Positions 1 through 15,495 of a stretch of DNA of 64,000 nucleotides are shown here, piece by piece; the stretch's first letter is position 1, and every line of letters begins with the position of its first letter. Under the pieces are notes generated by a model. The model was not told where the DNA came from and made no database searches. It worked only from the letters and a program-made list of their open reading frames with translations. This DNA is from the human T2T-CHM13v2.0 reference genome, Homo sapiens. The translations under genes and the position numbers were made by a program. Where the stretch lies: NCBI RefSeq assembly GCF_009914755.1, contig NC_060928.1. One strand, written 5' to 3'.

Positions 1-199
1 TTTCTCTTTTCATTTGTACTTTTCTATATTTATGATTTTATCCTTTTTCTTGATTACACTAGTATAATTTATTTTATTTTTTGTAAAGAATTACTGACAG
101 ATTTTTGCTTTGTTTACCGTCCTTCTACTTTACTATTTTTAACATCAATTTCTTCTTTCATTTTTATAACTTTCTTCCTTCTGCCTTCTTGAAATTTAC

Positions 200-508
200 T
201 TTGTTGTTGTTGTTTTGGTTGTGGTTTTTTTTTTTTTTTTTTTTTTGTGAGATAAGTTCTTGTTCTATTGCCTTGGCTGGAATGCAGAGGAAAGATCATA
301 GCTCACAGCCTCAAACTCCTGGGCTCAAGCGATCCTCCCATCTCAGCCTCTGAAGTAGCTAGGACTACAGGCATGCACCACCACATCTGGCTAATTTTTT
401 TCTTAAGTATTTGTAGAGATGGGGTCTCAAAATCCTGTGCTCAGGTGATCCTCGTGCCCTAGCCTCCCAAAGTGATGGGATTACAGGCATGAGCCACTAT
501 GCCCAGTC
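200..508 (-). mobile_element. AluJ-like SINE
   Basis: PolyT then gctcaagcgatcctccc...ggattacaggcatgagccac. Confidence 0.85.
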
Positions 509-1281
509 TAAAATGAATGATATATTTGAAAAAATATGTTCAGCATAAAATCTGGATTTAGGATTACAAAACTTAATAGAATACACTTTTATTTCTGTGG
601 TATAAATTTATGAATCTGCATTTGGGTTTGATTTCAACTTTTATTGTCTAATAAAATATTAGGATTAACATATTTATTAAACATGTGGGAACAGTCAACA
701 GCTACTAAATTTCTACTCTATGTCCAGCACTGAGGTAGAAATTCTGGTAGCACAAAAGAAGAGGTAACATTCTCTCATGTCTTTCCACATTTTAAAATAT
801 TCTCTAGAAACTGGTAAATCACTAGCTTTTATAAAGAATCTTTGAGTATCAGTTATTTAGATGACAGAAGTACTTTCAGTCCGTAAATCTTGGCCCGTTA
901 TGATAGACACTGATTACTGCAATAAGAATTCATTCCCTGACATATCCTACTTGCACAATAAATGATGATAAGATCAATGTCTACAAAATCACTTATGATC
1001 ATTACTATTGTGACATAGTCTGAGGAATAAATGACATAGGCAAAGCAAATGAGGCCCTAAAATACTGGTATTTTCTCATTACAATAAAGCCCTTACAGCT
1101 CCTATCATTGTAGTATTTATATGGAACATTCATGTACATATGCAATCAAATAATAGAAATACATTTAACATAGTTTAATTTGTGACTATTTGAAAACAAC
1201 AGCAAATGTCAAACTGTGTTGAACTGTGAAATGCATACTATTTTATTTATTTATTTGTTTATTTATTTCTCACATACCATT

Positions 1282-1317
1282 TTAAATGAACCCTGCTGAC
1301 CTTCTTCCATTCCGTGG
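1282..1317 (-). CDS. NMU: NMU coding exon 9 (PRN-GRR-SAGFI-stop): amidation and cleavage signal; exon extends to 1278
   Basis: Acceptor tatttttcag|CCA; TAA at 1284-1282; donor ATG|gtatgt at 1278/1277; completes FLFRPRN-amide. Confidence 0.97.
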   Translation of the reverse strand, partial: PRNGRRSAGFI

Positions 1318-1399
1318 CTGAAAAATAATAGATTAGAAATAAATCAGTGTAACTAAAGATGCAAGCTAACAGTCATAGAAACAGATCGATGATTTAGAG

Positions 1400-1570
1400 G
1401 AGTGTTTAACGTGCATCACAATCATCTAGAGGGCTTTTTACAACATAGACTGCTGGACCCCATAGCCAGAATTTCTGATTTAGTAAGTCTGAGAATCCTG
1501 AGAAATTTGTATTTCTAACAAGTTCTGAGGTGCTGCTAATGCTGCAAAGACCACCATGAACTAGATGCTA
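1400..1570. mobile_element. MER5A-like hAT MITE
   Basis: agactgctggacccc..agaatttctgatttagtaagtctg..tttctaacaagttc motif. Confidence 0.6.
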
Positions 1571-2657
1571 TTTGACTTTGCTTATTTCCTTGATGGTACC
1601 AACATTTTAAAACAAATGTTCTCAATTTTAATTTGATATGAACCAAAATGAACTTACTGAAGTCAGGGCTGTTTAGCTGCTTACTTCTTCCTGCTATCAG
1701 TCCAATTCCTTCATTCAATCCATTCTCTAATTTGCTGTTAGAATTATTTTCCAAAAGGCAAATCTTACCACATTTGCCCCCTCCTTAGCCTTTAGTGTAA
1801 AGCTGAAATTTCTTAGCTAAATATTTCATCAACCGATTCCCATTGATGCTTCAGGATTCAGCCCTTGAAGTCTTCTCTGTACCTCTTCCATTCCCCAGCT
1901 GGAATTAAATGCTTTTCTTTTGGAAATCACAGCCTTTGGACTACAAGTGCATTTCACACAGTACTTTATATTTGTTTACTTATCTGTTTTGAGCCTATCT
2001 AAATTCCTAGAGCATAGGAATGGAATCCTATCTGTCTTTATAGTCCCAGCCCTTGGTACATTGCTCAGCACCCAGTAGAAGTTCAATAAATAGTTGTTGA
2101 ATGAATTAATTAAAACTTTCTGGTAATGTATTAAGGATGCAAATATTTTGCAAAGTGTAGCTGCCTAGAAAAAAACCTCACATTTTATAGACAATGTGGA
2201 CAAACAAAATCAGAACTGTAATCCTGAAATTCTGTCTACTTATACCTTTTATTATGGCAGATTCTTTTAATTTTAAGAATTTGTGAAAGTATTCGTAACT
2301 CTTCCAATCTACTGAGTCAAAAATTTTGTAAATAATTCCATAGAACATAAGGAATAGTGTATCTTTAAGACAGTTACTTTCTATACATAAAATGTCATGG
2401 AATTAAAGTGTCAAATAGGTGAATGCTATTTGAGGTGTTTAAACATGAGCAATAGGTCAAAGAAGAGATCAGAGATCAGAGATACTGTGGTATTGAAGCA
2501 ATAAGGTGGTGACAGAAGTGAATGTCAGACTGTAACACCTGATGCCAAACATCTATAAACTTTAAAACTTAATTGAAATGTAAAAGTTAAATACACAGGG
2601 AACATATTTTTAAATTTTGGTGTAGATTGATTTTTTAAAAATACAGTATGTACCTAC

Positions 2658-2711
2658 CCTGAATAAAAAATATCCTCGACTTTGACTTGCAAAGGGACTT
2701 TGGAATTCTTC
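2658..2711 (-). CDS. NMU: NMU coding exon 8 (EEFQSPFASQSRGYFLFR)
   Basis: Acceptor ctcttctag|GAA, donor AGG|gtaggt; 54 nt; core of NMU-25. Confidence 0.97.
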
Positions 2712-3841
2712 CTAGAAGAGAAAATGAGGGCATTACAAATCACATAACACTAAAAATAAGTGCAAATTCTCCTTGAAAGTATATTGAGGGTCAAAATTAC
2801 TTTCAACTGTCATAACTAAACATAGAGGGAATCAGGGACTTGAATAGAGAATTTTTGTATCATACCTGAAAATTTTCAACAACTAGCAGTATCATCAGAA
2901 TCTTATATTTAAAAATAATTTCCTTGTCAGTGTGACAGATTTGCCTTTCAGGAATTTTGTCAGTTTTAGGTGAATTCATCAATAAGTAGAAAGAGAAATG
3001 ACAGACATTTCATAATTGACTATATTTAAAATCTCCTTTCAGCATTTTGTTAGAATGAAATAATTTATTTAAAATACATATTGCATGTGTTAACCCATGA
3101 ACAGGGGAAAATATAAAACAGAATTGTGTCAAAGCTAAAAAATATTATCCAATATTTCTACAGAAATGTAGTTTGAAATTGAAGGACAAATTTGGTAAAT
3201 TACATTTATTCAATGAAGCTTTAGGATAGATGTTCCTAATATAATTATATGTGCAGAATGTTAATTTTTAAATATCCAAATATTAACAGGAATGACCCAA
3301 TTATTCATAATAAGTATATCTTTTTCTTAAACATTTCATTTTAAGCTTCATGAAAAAAATACATTAACATTTTATGGTTTCCATAAAATTGGCTTATAGC
3401 TTCAACTTCCTATTTTCATTAACAATTACCTATATCATAAAAGCATTATCAGCATGGCTATCACCATGAAATCTTTCAGCCAAGACCTTTTTCAACTATT
3501 TTATAATATGAATACAATCATATTAAATTCTAAGAAATGGCTCTGATGTATGTTTAAATTCTGAAATACTTAGTTTGCAACAAATGTATCTTAAATCCTC
3601 AATATTTCTACTTAATTTTCATCTTTACTATAACTCCCCAAATTACTTAATATTGAAAAAAATCTGTATTTAAAAATGTACACACTGTATACATGTATCA
3701 AAATATCACATGTACCCCCAAAATATGTATAACTATAATAAACCAATGAAAAATAAAAAATAAAAGTTTAAGTTTTCAAAATTTAAAAAAATGTACACAT
3801 ATAAACCATATGTTTATATACCTATATAAGCAACGTTCTCA

Positions 3842-4160
3842 GCTGGGCACAGTGGCTCATGCCTGTAATCTGAGCACTTTGGGAGGCTGATGTCAGAGAA
3901 TCACTTGAGCCCAGGAGTTTGAGACCAGCCTGGGCAACATAGAGAGACCTAGTCTCTACAAATAATAAAAAAATTTAGCCAGGTGTGATGGCATACACCT
4001 GTGGACCCAGCTCCTCAGGCTCCTCAGGAGGCTGAGGTGGGAGGATTGCCTGAGCCCAGGAGGTCAAGTCTGCAGTAAGCCATGATCACGTCACTGCACT
4101 CCAGCCTAGGTGACAGAGAAAGACCCTGTCTCAAAAAAATAATAATAATACAAATAAAAA
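3842..4160 (+). mobile_element. AluJ-like SINE
   Basis: gctgggcacagtggctcatgcc...tgagcccaggag, A-rich tail. Confidence 0.88.
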
Positions 4161-5121
4161 AATTCAAATGCATATTATATTAAAGAGAAAAAACTAAAAG
4201 GCCAGACAAAATGTAAATTTAAATGTGCCAAATACAAACTTCCAAATGCTAAACCCAAACATACAGATCTTTTTAGAGTTTTATCATTAGCATAGAGCAT
4301 CATATAAAATAATTTGGGAGGTAGAGATAAAAGATGTGGGAATGATATTGAAAGATGTCTAGCAAACAAAATTTAAGAAAAGTGTTTTAAAATCTAAAAC
4401 CTCATTTCTTCAAGAATTCAAAATATTTCACTATCAAAGATATATTTTAAAATTAGATGACTTAGGCCCAGCAAAGCGAACACTCTCCTGCAATTGCATT
4501 TCTATTCATCTTTTACATTATTTTCTTTCATAGCTTTCTAGGAAATTGACTGGCTGCAAAATACCCTTAAGATCTATCATTTGTCTGAAAATATAGATGG
4601 TATCACTGAAGATGGAAAATTCAGTCAATGTACTAAACTGGCCACAATACTGAGTGATTAGCTTTGGTTTTGTAAATCACGGCACTGAAATAATGTAGTC
4701 ACACTAATGATTGTTGGTGTCTTTTAAGAAACTGTATCTTTAAGTTGAAATTGTTTACTAATTCATAACTCGAGCAAACACTTTTAAGAAGTAAAAGTTA
4801 AATCAAAAAAGCATGTATTACTTCTAGAGAGTTTGATGACAACTGCTTTTTTCTTCATTCTGCAAATTCTAAAATTTTAAGGGGCTACTGCCTAAGATCT
4901 TACATTTCTCTTTACAGTTGGCATCAGATATTGTCTTCTTTGATGGAAACTTCATTTAAGAATGTGAAGATTCTAGGGAGGAAATACTGGCCATAAAAAT
5001 AAATTTTGAGGAATATATTCACCTAAACTCTATGTGTTTTTAAAAGTATCTGAAAACTTTGGGTAGCACTTTAAGAAGAATAAATTAAATATGGTGTTGA
5101 AATTAAGGAAAACTTTGATGA

Positions 5122-5448
<327 letters not shown>

Positions 5449-5766
5449 GAATTCAACTTTTAATAATAAAATACGTAATTTAAAAATAACATAATAAAAG
5501 TATCCAAATTAAACTATAAAGGGTACAGCATAGTGAAAAAAAAATTGCCTAGATCAGAAGTCAGGAAACTATTTTGTACTTTCTCTTACTAATACGATCT
5601 GGGGAAACTCCTTCAACTATTCTGACTTGCTTTCCCTTTTGTAAATGGGAAATAATACTTGTATAAGTACTAACGGAGTTCCTCAAAGGATAAAATGAGA
5701 TAATATAAGACTGAAAATTATAATGTATTACAGCAAGGGAAGGCATTACTTAAAAATAATCCTAGA

Positions 5767-6534
<768 letters not shown>

Positions 6535-6707
6535 TAGGATTCTTTTTAAATGACTGTAAAATCTCCACAGTGTAACACAGTAAGAATGTGTTAATGGGGT
6601 TACATTCATCTTACACATAGATGCTGGATTTAGGTCACATTTTTTGTTGAAAAAAACAAAGTATATATATTTAGTTTCCGATATTTACTTCACGACCCAA
6701 ACTCTTA

Positions 6708-6850
6708 CTTTTTTTTTTTTTTTGAGACGGAGTCTTGCTCTGTCACCCAAGCTGGAGTGCAGTGCAACCTCTGCCTCCTGGGTTCAAGCGATTCTTGTGC
6801 CTCAGTCTCCGAGTACCTGGGATTACAGGCATGCGCCAATATGCCTGGCT

Positions 6851-6884
<34 letters not shown>

Positions 6885-7012
6885 TATTTTTAGTAGGGAC
6901 GGGGTTTCGCCATGTTGCCAAGGCTGGTCTTGAACTCCTGACCTCAAGGGATCCACCCACCTGGGCCTTCCAAAGTTGAAGGGATTACAGGTGTGAGCCA
7001 CCAGGCCTGGCC
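6708..7012 (-). mobile_element. AluS SINE with a long mid-polyT
   Basis: Reverse Alu; TSD actctta. Confidence 0.88.
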
Positions 7013-7453
7013 CACTCTTAACAACATTTAAATACTTGAGCAGAAAGCTTGCCATCCTAGCTATTTGCCAAGCTGGATACAGAGGGGCAGTACATTGTCC
7101 TTTATTTGTTCTCTTATTCCTACCTAAGGACTGGACAAAAGCAGTGTCCTTTCTTAAACCAAGAATAGATTTTCTCACCAAAAGTCATGGCTTTTGGAAA
7201 ACAGTATAATTCCAGCTTTCCTCAATGTCCACAGCTTCAGCTAGAAGGGACACAATATTGCAGGGGGCCATGGAAGGGCGGCTTGAACAATTCTCTTCTA
7301 GTCTGCAAACAGATGCTCTTACATTGGCTAACTGGGTATTAGTGTGGGCTTATCCTGAAGAGCAGCATTTGATGAACTACCACAGCTGGGAATTAACAGA
7401 AAGGGCTGCCCCACACGGAATGGCAAAGCCAGCATGCAGTTTGTATTACATAC

Positions 7454-7528
7454 GTCCACTCTGAATCTCTTCATTCTTCTCTCATGCAGGTGAGGAACGA
7501 GCTGCAGCAACGGATGCACAACTGACGA
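7454..7528 (-). CDS. NMU: NMU coding exon 7 (SSVVHPLLQLVPHLHERRMKRFRVD): end of NURP, KR site, start of NMU-25
   Basis: Visible inside ORF 7328..7564; acceptor cctctcag|TCG, donor GAC|gtatgt; 75 nt. Confidence 0.97.
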
Positions 7529-8742
7529 CTGAGAGGACATGAACACACACGTGAATAAGTGCATGGCTTCTCAGCAGTGGCCATCAAGACGGTTTCCTAT
7601 TTGTTTTTGTTTTTACCCACTAAACTTGTCCCAGACAAAACAGAAAATTAAAGATGTCACCTAAAACAGGTCTTTGGGAGCAATTCGAAGAACTGTGGAG
7701 AATAAACCAAGAGGTGGGATAAAATTTGGTAGCTCTACGCTGGGATTTTTATCCTCATATTGAGAAGAAGCACTTTCCTGACGGCTGCAGCTCTCTTGTG
7801 AACTGTCAGCAAGTAAAACCCCTCACTGCCTCTTTGAGAGGCAAAAGGCAGTCTGTCTGTTACTAGACTTACTCAAAATAATTCGGACCAGGCGAAACCC
7901 ACACTGCCAGTAGCAATTTTCCACTATAAACATGTTAATCTGGAAGATTATACTATACACACATCTAATAACCTCCTTTATAAATTATATACTTAAAACG
8001 GAAACGTTGGGAGCAAGACAACAATGTGTGAAAATGACAATGTGTTCTCGATAGTGAAAACTGTGACTAAGATACATTTTCCCAAAATGTAAAGGTGCCA
8101 AGCCAAAGAAATTGAAAGCACACTTGAGATATGTAGCTACCTATCTGATATGGCTGCATTTTTTAAAAAGGTATGGGTCACATTGAGACTTCTCATTAAT
8201 CTTAAATTCATTTATCACATGGATTATGTTGAGCCCTGTATAACAGTTATCTGTGAACTAATTCAACTTGTACTTGGTTTAAAGCCAGTATAATCTTTCG
8301 CCTCCTCATATGTAATATTCCATGTGATAAATATTTCAAACTGAGTTTAAGATTATAGTTACCTTTCCATAGGTATATATCTGTTTAAAATACACTATGC
8401 TCCTCATTCCCTAAATTGGTTCATGGAAGTGAATCACAAGTGTGGAAATAGTATTATAGTCAAATAATTTCTAAGTATCCTAGATTGAAACACCAAGTAG
8501 GTTGGTTAACATTTTTAAAACCCATGCATACAAAAAGAAAAACTACCGCTAATACTACATGATTTTAAAGTGAACTGAATTCAAATTATTGGTTTTTGGC
8601 TAACCTTAGAGAATACATTCTCACATTAAATGCCTAATTACTAATAAGAAGATCTTACGAATAGAAGAGGATATTTCTAATTATATTTAATTACATTTTT
8701 GACAATCATTCTTTAAATAAAAAATGCCCTTGGATCAAATGA

Positions 8743-9226
<484 letters not shown>

Positions 9227-9476
9227 TAGCATATAGCTAATACTTTGTAAATAACTGTTAAATGAATGAATGAACGAATCAATTTAATGTACAGGTAGTA
9301 ATTGACATATAAAATAAATCAAATGTATAATAAATATTGAATTTCATTCCTTTACTCACATATAAACTTTTAAAGTAAAAAATTTGAATTCTGATCTAGC
9401 TCTATTATGCTGCAAAAACAGTTTCATTCTTTTAAACAAATATTAGTGATTACTAAGAAGTAGTTCTACAACTTAC

Positions 9477-9527
9477 CACAACATTTGACTTGCCCAACTT
9501 CTGTGTCTTCGAATAATGAAATAAGAA
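9477..9527 (-). CDS. NMU: NMU coding exon 6 (FLFHYSKTQKLGKSNVV), N-terminal half of NURP
   Basis: Acceptor ttttttaaacag|TTC, donor GTG|gtaagt; 51 nt; follows an 88-nt intron. Confidence 0.97.
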
Positions 9528-9615
9528 CTGTTTAAAAAAAGCAGTAAGTTTTACTATAAAAATTAATGGTTCCCTTATTATTTTATAAGGTATAGATGTA
9601 TGAAAATCATCTTAC

Positions 9616-9645
9616 CCTTTTAGTATTATCTTTTTCATCTTGTTC
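9616..9645 (-). CDS. NMU: NMU coding exon 5 (EQDEKDNTKR), ends in a dibasic cleavage site
   Basis: Acceptor ttcaatag|GAA, donor AGG|gtaag; 30 nt, phase 0-0. Confidence 0.96.
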
Positions 9646-10067
9646 CTATTGAAAAGAGATATTGTATATATCATTATATATTGTAAAATTTTACTATCTT
9701 ATATACAGTAATTTTATAATGTTATAACACATAATTATTTAAAACACATGACTCATGTTACATATAAAATACAAGACTGAAATTAGTTAAGCATCCGTTG
9801 CTCTAAAAATAAATGGGAAATTAATTGAATATTGTTTACAAATAAAGATGTGCATAAAGATCTCTTTACTGCAACTTTATTCATAAGTGTAAAAAATTGG
9901 AAACATCCTAAATATTCAACAGTGGTAGAATGGGAAATTATTATATCATGACATGATGGAATATTCAGAGGAGAAGACTGAAAGAATCACATGCAAATAT
10001 TTTTACTGTTTATCACTAAATATGAAGGTTATGAGTTGGTTTTGATGTCTTCCATAAAAAAATTTTT

Positions 10068-10376
10068 AGCCGGGCGCGGTGGCTTGCGCCTGTAATCCCA
10101 GCACTTTGGGAGCCCGAGGTGGGCGGATCACAAGGTCAGGAGACTGAGACGATCCTGGCTAACACGGTGAAACCCTGTCTCTACTAAAAAAAATACAAAA
10201 AATTAGCCAGGCCTGGTGGGGCGAGCGCCTGTAGTCCCAGCTATTCAGGAGGCTGAGGCAGAAGAATGGCGTGAACCTGGGAGGCGGAGCTTGCAGTGAG
10301 CCGAGATGGCGCCACTGTACTCCAGCCTGGGCGACAGAGCGAGACTCCATCTCAAAAAAAAAAAAAAAAAAAAAAT
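10068..10376 (+). mobile_element. AluY SINE (NMU intron 4)
   Basis: ctggctaacacggtgaaacc, gaatggcgtgaacc, long polyA. Confidence 0.9.
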
Positions 10377-11300
10377 TTAAATCTTATAATTCCTTTTTTG
10401 TTGTTGTTCTTTCTCACTTGCTTTTAATACAAATGGAAGACCATGAATAAACACCGTTGTCATTTCTTTTATCTTAATTAGGAAAAAATCAATTACGCTT
10501 TTTGGACAATGTCACCATTAGAAACAATGGATAAATATACAATTTCAGGCAGAGATTATTTAGTTTCATAAAACATTTATGCTTTCAAATTATGAATGTT
10601 TTTTTCTTTGAATTATTATATATGAAAGGTATGGAAGTCAGAGTGTACCAATCACCACAGATTAAGTTAGAATTGCCAATGAAAAATATAATTCCAAACC
10701 TGAAGCTCTCATCTTTAATAAAGTAGCTTTAAAATAAGTTCATCCATAAGATAGAGATTATAAAATTAGGTATGGTGCTTATGCTACTTTTCAAGTTCCC
10801 ATCTACTCTCACTCCAGGACAAAAAGTTCTCCCAGAAGAATCAGGTAATTTTAATAAGAAACCAAGACAATGACAATACAGTTTGCTTTTTTTTTTTGCA
10901 TTCTTAATGCCCTACTCTCCCACAAAGTACAATGTCCTGACCTTTGAACCATAAGATGTGCTTAGCAGCTTAGAAAGATGCATCTGTTCTCCAAAGTAGC
11001 ATGAGTCAGGGCAAAAAAAAGAGAGCCAACATGACCCCATATTTATTCCTCCGGACTGGAACTCATTTTATATTTGATGGGGTGATATGATTTCCCAATT
11101 AGATTACTGTAAGCTCCATTAATATGATGCTCAATTCTCAGACATCAGAGAACCTGAAGTATTTCTTATCCAAAAACAATTTTTCCTCTTCTAACCTGTC
11201 TTGGCATGCTTCCTAAATTGGGCATATTTTCTTCCAGGAGAAATTCCAAGAAATTTTTGGATAATTTTTGTCTACAAACAAAACACTATTTCAAGCTTAC

Positions 11301-11360
11301 CTGAGGCTTTGGTAGCATTCCCATAATCATAAAGCAAAGCTCCTCCAGTGCGTTGGATGC
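11301..11360 (-). CDS. NMU: NMU coding exon 4 (ASNALEELCFMIMGMLPKPQ)
   Basis: Acceptor tttctgttag|GCA, donor CAG|gtaag; 60 nt, phase 0-0. Confidence 0.97.
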
Positions 11361-12361
11361 CTAACAGAAATGAGAAGATATGTAAGTTATGCTTCTGCTT
11401 TAACGACATTTACATAGAAGAGGTAACTACAAAATGTTAGGGGCATGAGGAAATGCTAACTACCTGGAAAAGAATCCTTCTGTAGATTATTAAAACTGTT
11501 GGAATCCTTTGATTTCTCTCACAACAAAAACTTGGCTGTAAAAGTAAAGCCTTCCTTCTAACCAGAAAAAAAAAAAAGGTAAGTACGGTACATATGCACT
11601 CATGAAGGCTTCCGCTGTGATCTAGATACATAGTTCTCAGCACTTGCTAAAATATTATGAAATTCTATGACTGAGAGTAACAAGGGACAGTGCCAGAAGA
11701 GGAATTATTCTTCCCAGCTTGTAGCAAAATCTGTATCTACATGCCAAAGCTGTGAGCCTCGCTGAATATTACTCATTATTGGCTAATTTGAAAATCCTGC
11801 AATTGCTCAAAAACAATGGGAAGTGGAGGAGAAGAACCCATGCGTGGTGCACCTAATCTGAGTACCACCCTTCCAGATTGCTGACTGCACAGCCCAGGAT
11901 CAGGTTTTTCAAAGCATTCGAGCACAGAAGTAGGGCAGGGCTCTGTGGTTAGCAGCCAGCTGGGTGTGGTAAGGAGTAGAAGAAATGGACAAGCAGGGGC
12001 GAAACCTGCTTTGCACAGAATTTAGCACAGTAGCACCATAAACAATTGATTACTTAATGTATGCATTTTGGAAGTAATGAAGAACTAGAACAGTAGGGAG
12101 GGCAATGTAATTAGTGGTTAAAAGCATGAGCTATGGAGTTGGGAAGCCTGTAACTCTATCGCAGTGCAAATTCCATTTCTGCTCTTTATTAGCTGTGTAA
12201 CCTTAGGCTGGTTACCTAACCTCTCTTAATTTCCGTTTCTTCAGCTCTAAGTCGGGGATGACATTGCTGCAGAGAGTTCTTAGAAGAATTAAATGTAGGT
12301 AAAGTTCTCAGGTTGATTTACAGCTGAAGGGATTCTTAATTTAGAAGTTAAATGAAAAAGA

Positions 12362-12795
<434 letters not shown>

Positions 12796-12924
12796 CTAGC
12801 ATCAGAGGCCTGCTTTGTTCTCTTCATTCCATTTGTTTGCTTGTCATGCAAATTCTTGGGATATTTATTAATAATGCCTCATATGTATATAGTGTTTCAA
12901 TAAATTATAAAACATTTTCATATA

Positions 12925-14053
12925 CAGTCATGCACCACATAAGGGCATGTCAGTCAATGAGTCAATGATAGAATGCGTATACAATGATGGTCACATAAGA
13001 TTATTATGAAGCTGAAAAACTCCTATCATCTAGTCACATCTTAATGATCCTGACCTGTGTAGGCCTAGGCTAATATGCATGCTTGTGTCTTCATTTTTAA
13101 CAACAAAGTTTAAAAAGTCAAAAAAATTCTTTTTAATTTCAAAAGCTTATAGAATGAGGATATAAAGAAAGAAAATATTTCGTACACCTGTTCAGCATGT
13201 TTGTGTTATAAGCCAAGTGTCATTACAAAAGAGAAAAAAGTTCTAAAATATTAAAAAGTTGGCCAGGAACGGTGGCTCATGCCTGTAATTCCAGCACTTT
13301 GGGAGGCCAAGGTGGAAGAACTGCTTGAGCCCAGGAGTTTGAGACCAGCCTGGACAACATAGCAAGATCCTGTCTCTACAAAAAACACAAAAAATTAGCC
13401 AGGTGTGGTGGTGCATGCCTGTAGTCCCAGCTACTCAGGAGGCTGAAATGGGAGGATCATCTGAGCCCAGGAGTTCGAGGCTGCAGTGAGCCATGATTAT
13501 GCCACTGCACTCCAGCCTGGATGACAGAATGAAACCCTGTCTTGAAAAAGAAAAAATTAAAAAGTTTATAAAAGTAAAAAAGTTACAGTAAGCTAAGGTT
13601 AATTTATTATTGAAGAGAGAAAAATTTTTAAATAAATTTAACGCAGCCTAAGTTTACAGTGTTTATGAAATCTGCAGTAGTGTATTGTAATGTCCTAGGC
13701 CTTCACATTCACTCATTACTGACTCACTGACTCACCCAAAGCAACTTCCAGTCTTTCAAGCTCCATTCATGGTGAGTGCCCTATACAAGTGTATCATTTT
13801 TTATCTTTTACATTATGTATTTACTGTACCTTTTCTACATTTAGATATGTTTAATTACATAGTGTGTTACAACTGCCCACAATATTCAGTACAGTAATGT
13901 GCTGTACAGGTTTGTAGCCATATAGCCTAGGTGTGTAGTAGGCTGTACATCTAGATTTGTGTAAGTACGCTCTATGATGTTTATACAATGACAAATCATC
14001 CAAGGACATATTTCTCAGAATGTATATCCCCATTTTTAAGTGATGCATGACTA
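12925..14053. mobile_element. Tigger3-like (Tc1/mariner) DNA transposon, interrupted by an AluJ (13261-13560)
   Basis: TIRs ta-cagtcatgca ... tgcatgacta-ta; internal cataagattat motif. Confidence 0.8.
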
Positions 14054-14379
14054 TACGTAATTTGTATTCTGTCCTACACAGGACATGAATTGTTATTCTC
14101 ATATACAGAGGAAGTAAGGTTCTAAGAGACTGTCACTTGCCCAATACCACACATGGCTAGGAGTTGGAGGAGTGTGGCCTGGGACCTTGGCCTTCTGATT
14201 TGTAGATATTATTGTGTTGCATTGGTATTGCCTGCTAAGCCTGGAGTTGGGAGTTGGCTGCGAGAAAAACTAGAGTGTGAACACTGATACATCCTTTCTC
14301 ACTGGTTATATTTAAGGGCTGAATACACAGGTCACCCCACAAAAATCTGAAATAAAATCCCTATAACTTCCCTTAACAG

Positions 14380-14597
14380 CTTGGTCAAGACAGTGAGACC
14401 CCCATCTTTACACAAAATTGTTTTCTTTTAATTAGCTGGGCATGGTGGCATGCTCCTGTAGTCCCAGCTATTCAGGAGGCTGAGGTGGGAGGATTGCTTG
14501 AGCCCAGGAGTTCGTAGCTGTGGCGAGCTATAATTGTACCACTGCATTCCAGCCTGGGCGACAGAGTGAGACCCTATCTCTAAAAACAAAAACAAAA
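14380..14597 (+). mobile_element. Partial AluJ/FRAM
   Basis: Right Alu monomer with A-rich tail. Confidence 0.75.
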
Positions 14598-14602
14598 TGC
14601 TC

Positions 14603-14803
14603 CACTTATGCTCATTTCAAAATAGAAAATACAAAACAATAAGAAGAAAATACCCAGTGATGTCATGTGTCAAAAATGTATTTCACCTCAAAGAAGAATA
14701 AACACGTATGGCTGATTTCAAAATAGAAAATACAAAACAATAGAAAGAAAATACCTAGTGATGTCATGTTTCAAAAATGTATTTCAACTCAAAGAAGAAT
14801 AAA
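14603..14803. repeat. Tandem duplication, unit about 100 bp x2
   Basis: atttcaaaatagaaaatacaaaacaat...caaagaagaataaa occurs twice (from 14614 and 14715). Confidence 0.9.
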
Positions 14804-15118
14804 TTCACACATGAGTTGTTTCTTCTTAGAAAACAGTTTCTAAGCTGGATGAGCTTCAGTAAGATTGAACTTTGACTGAAAAAGTTTCAAAGCAAGTGCA
14901 TTTTCCCCAACTCCCCTTTACAAGAAGCCAATTCTCAACTATTCTTCAAGGATTTAAATACATGAAAGTTTTAATATCTTATTTTTAAATGTATAGACCT
15001 TAAAGATAACATTTTCTACTTGGTAAAAATGTTTCAAAGCAATGGTCATGTAATCACATAAATAATAAGATAATAGTATATGTGAAAATTAACAATGTTT
15101 TAAAATTGTATCAAATTT

Positions 15119-15495
15119 GGTGGTACATATACACCACCGAATACTACACAGCCATAAAAAAGAATGAGATCATATCCTTTGCAGCAACATGGATGGAGCT
15201 GGAGGGTATTACCCTAAGCGAAATAACATAGGAACAGAAAACCAAATACCACACGTTCTCACTTATAAGTAGGAGCTAAACACGGATGCACGTGGGCAAA
15301 GAGAAGGAAACAGTAGATACCGAGGCCTACTTGAGAGTAGAGGGTGGAAAGAGGGTTAGGATAAAAAAAATACCTATTTAGTACTATGCTTATTACCTGG
15401 GTGATGAAATAATCTATACACCAAACCTCCACAACACACTTTAACTACATAACAAATCTGCACATTTACCCCTGAACCTAAAATTAAAAAAAAAA
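15119..15495 (+). mobile_element. Older L1PA 3' end fragment
   Basis: gcagcaacatggatggagctggagg...cccctgaacctaaaatt polyA. Confidence 0.85.
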
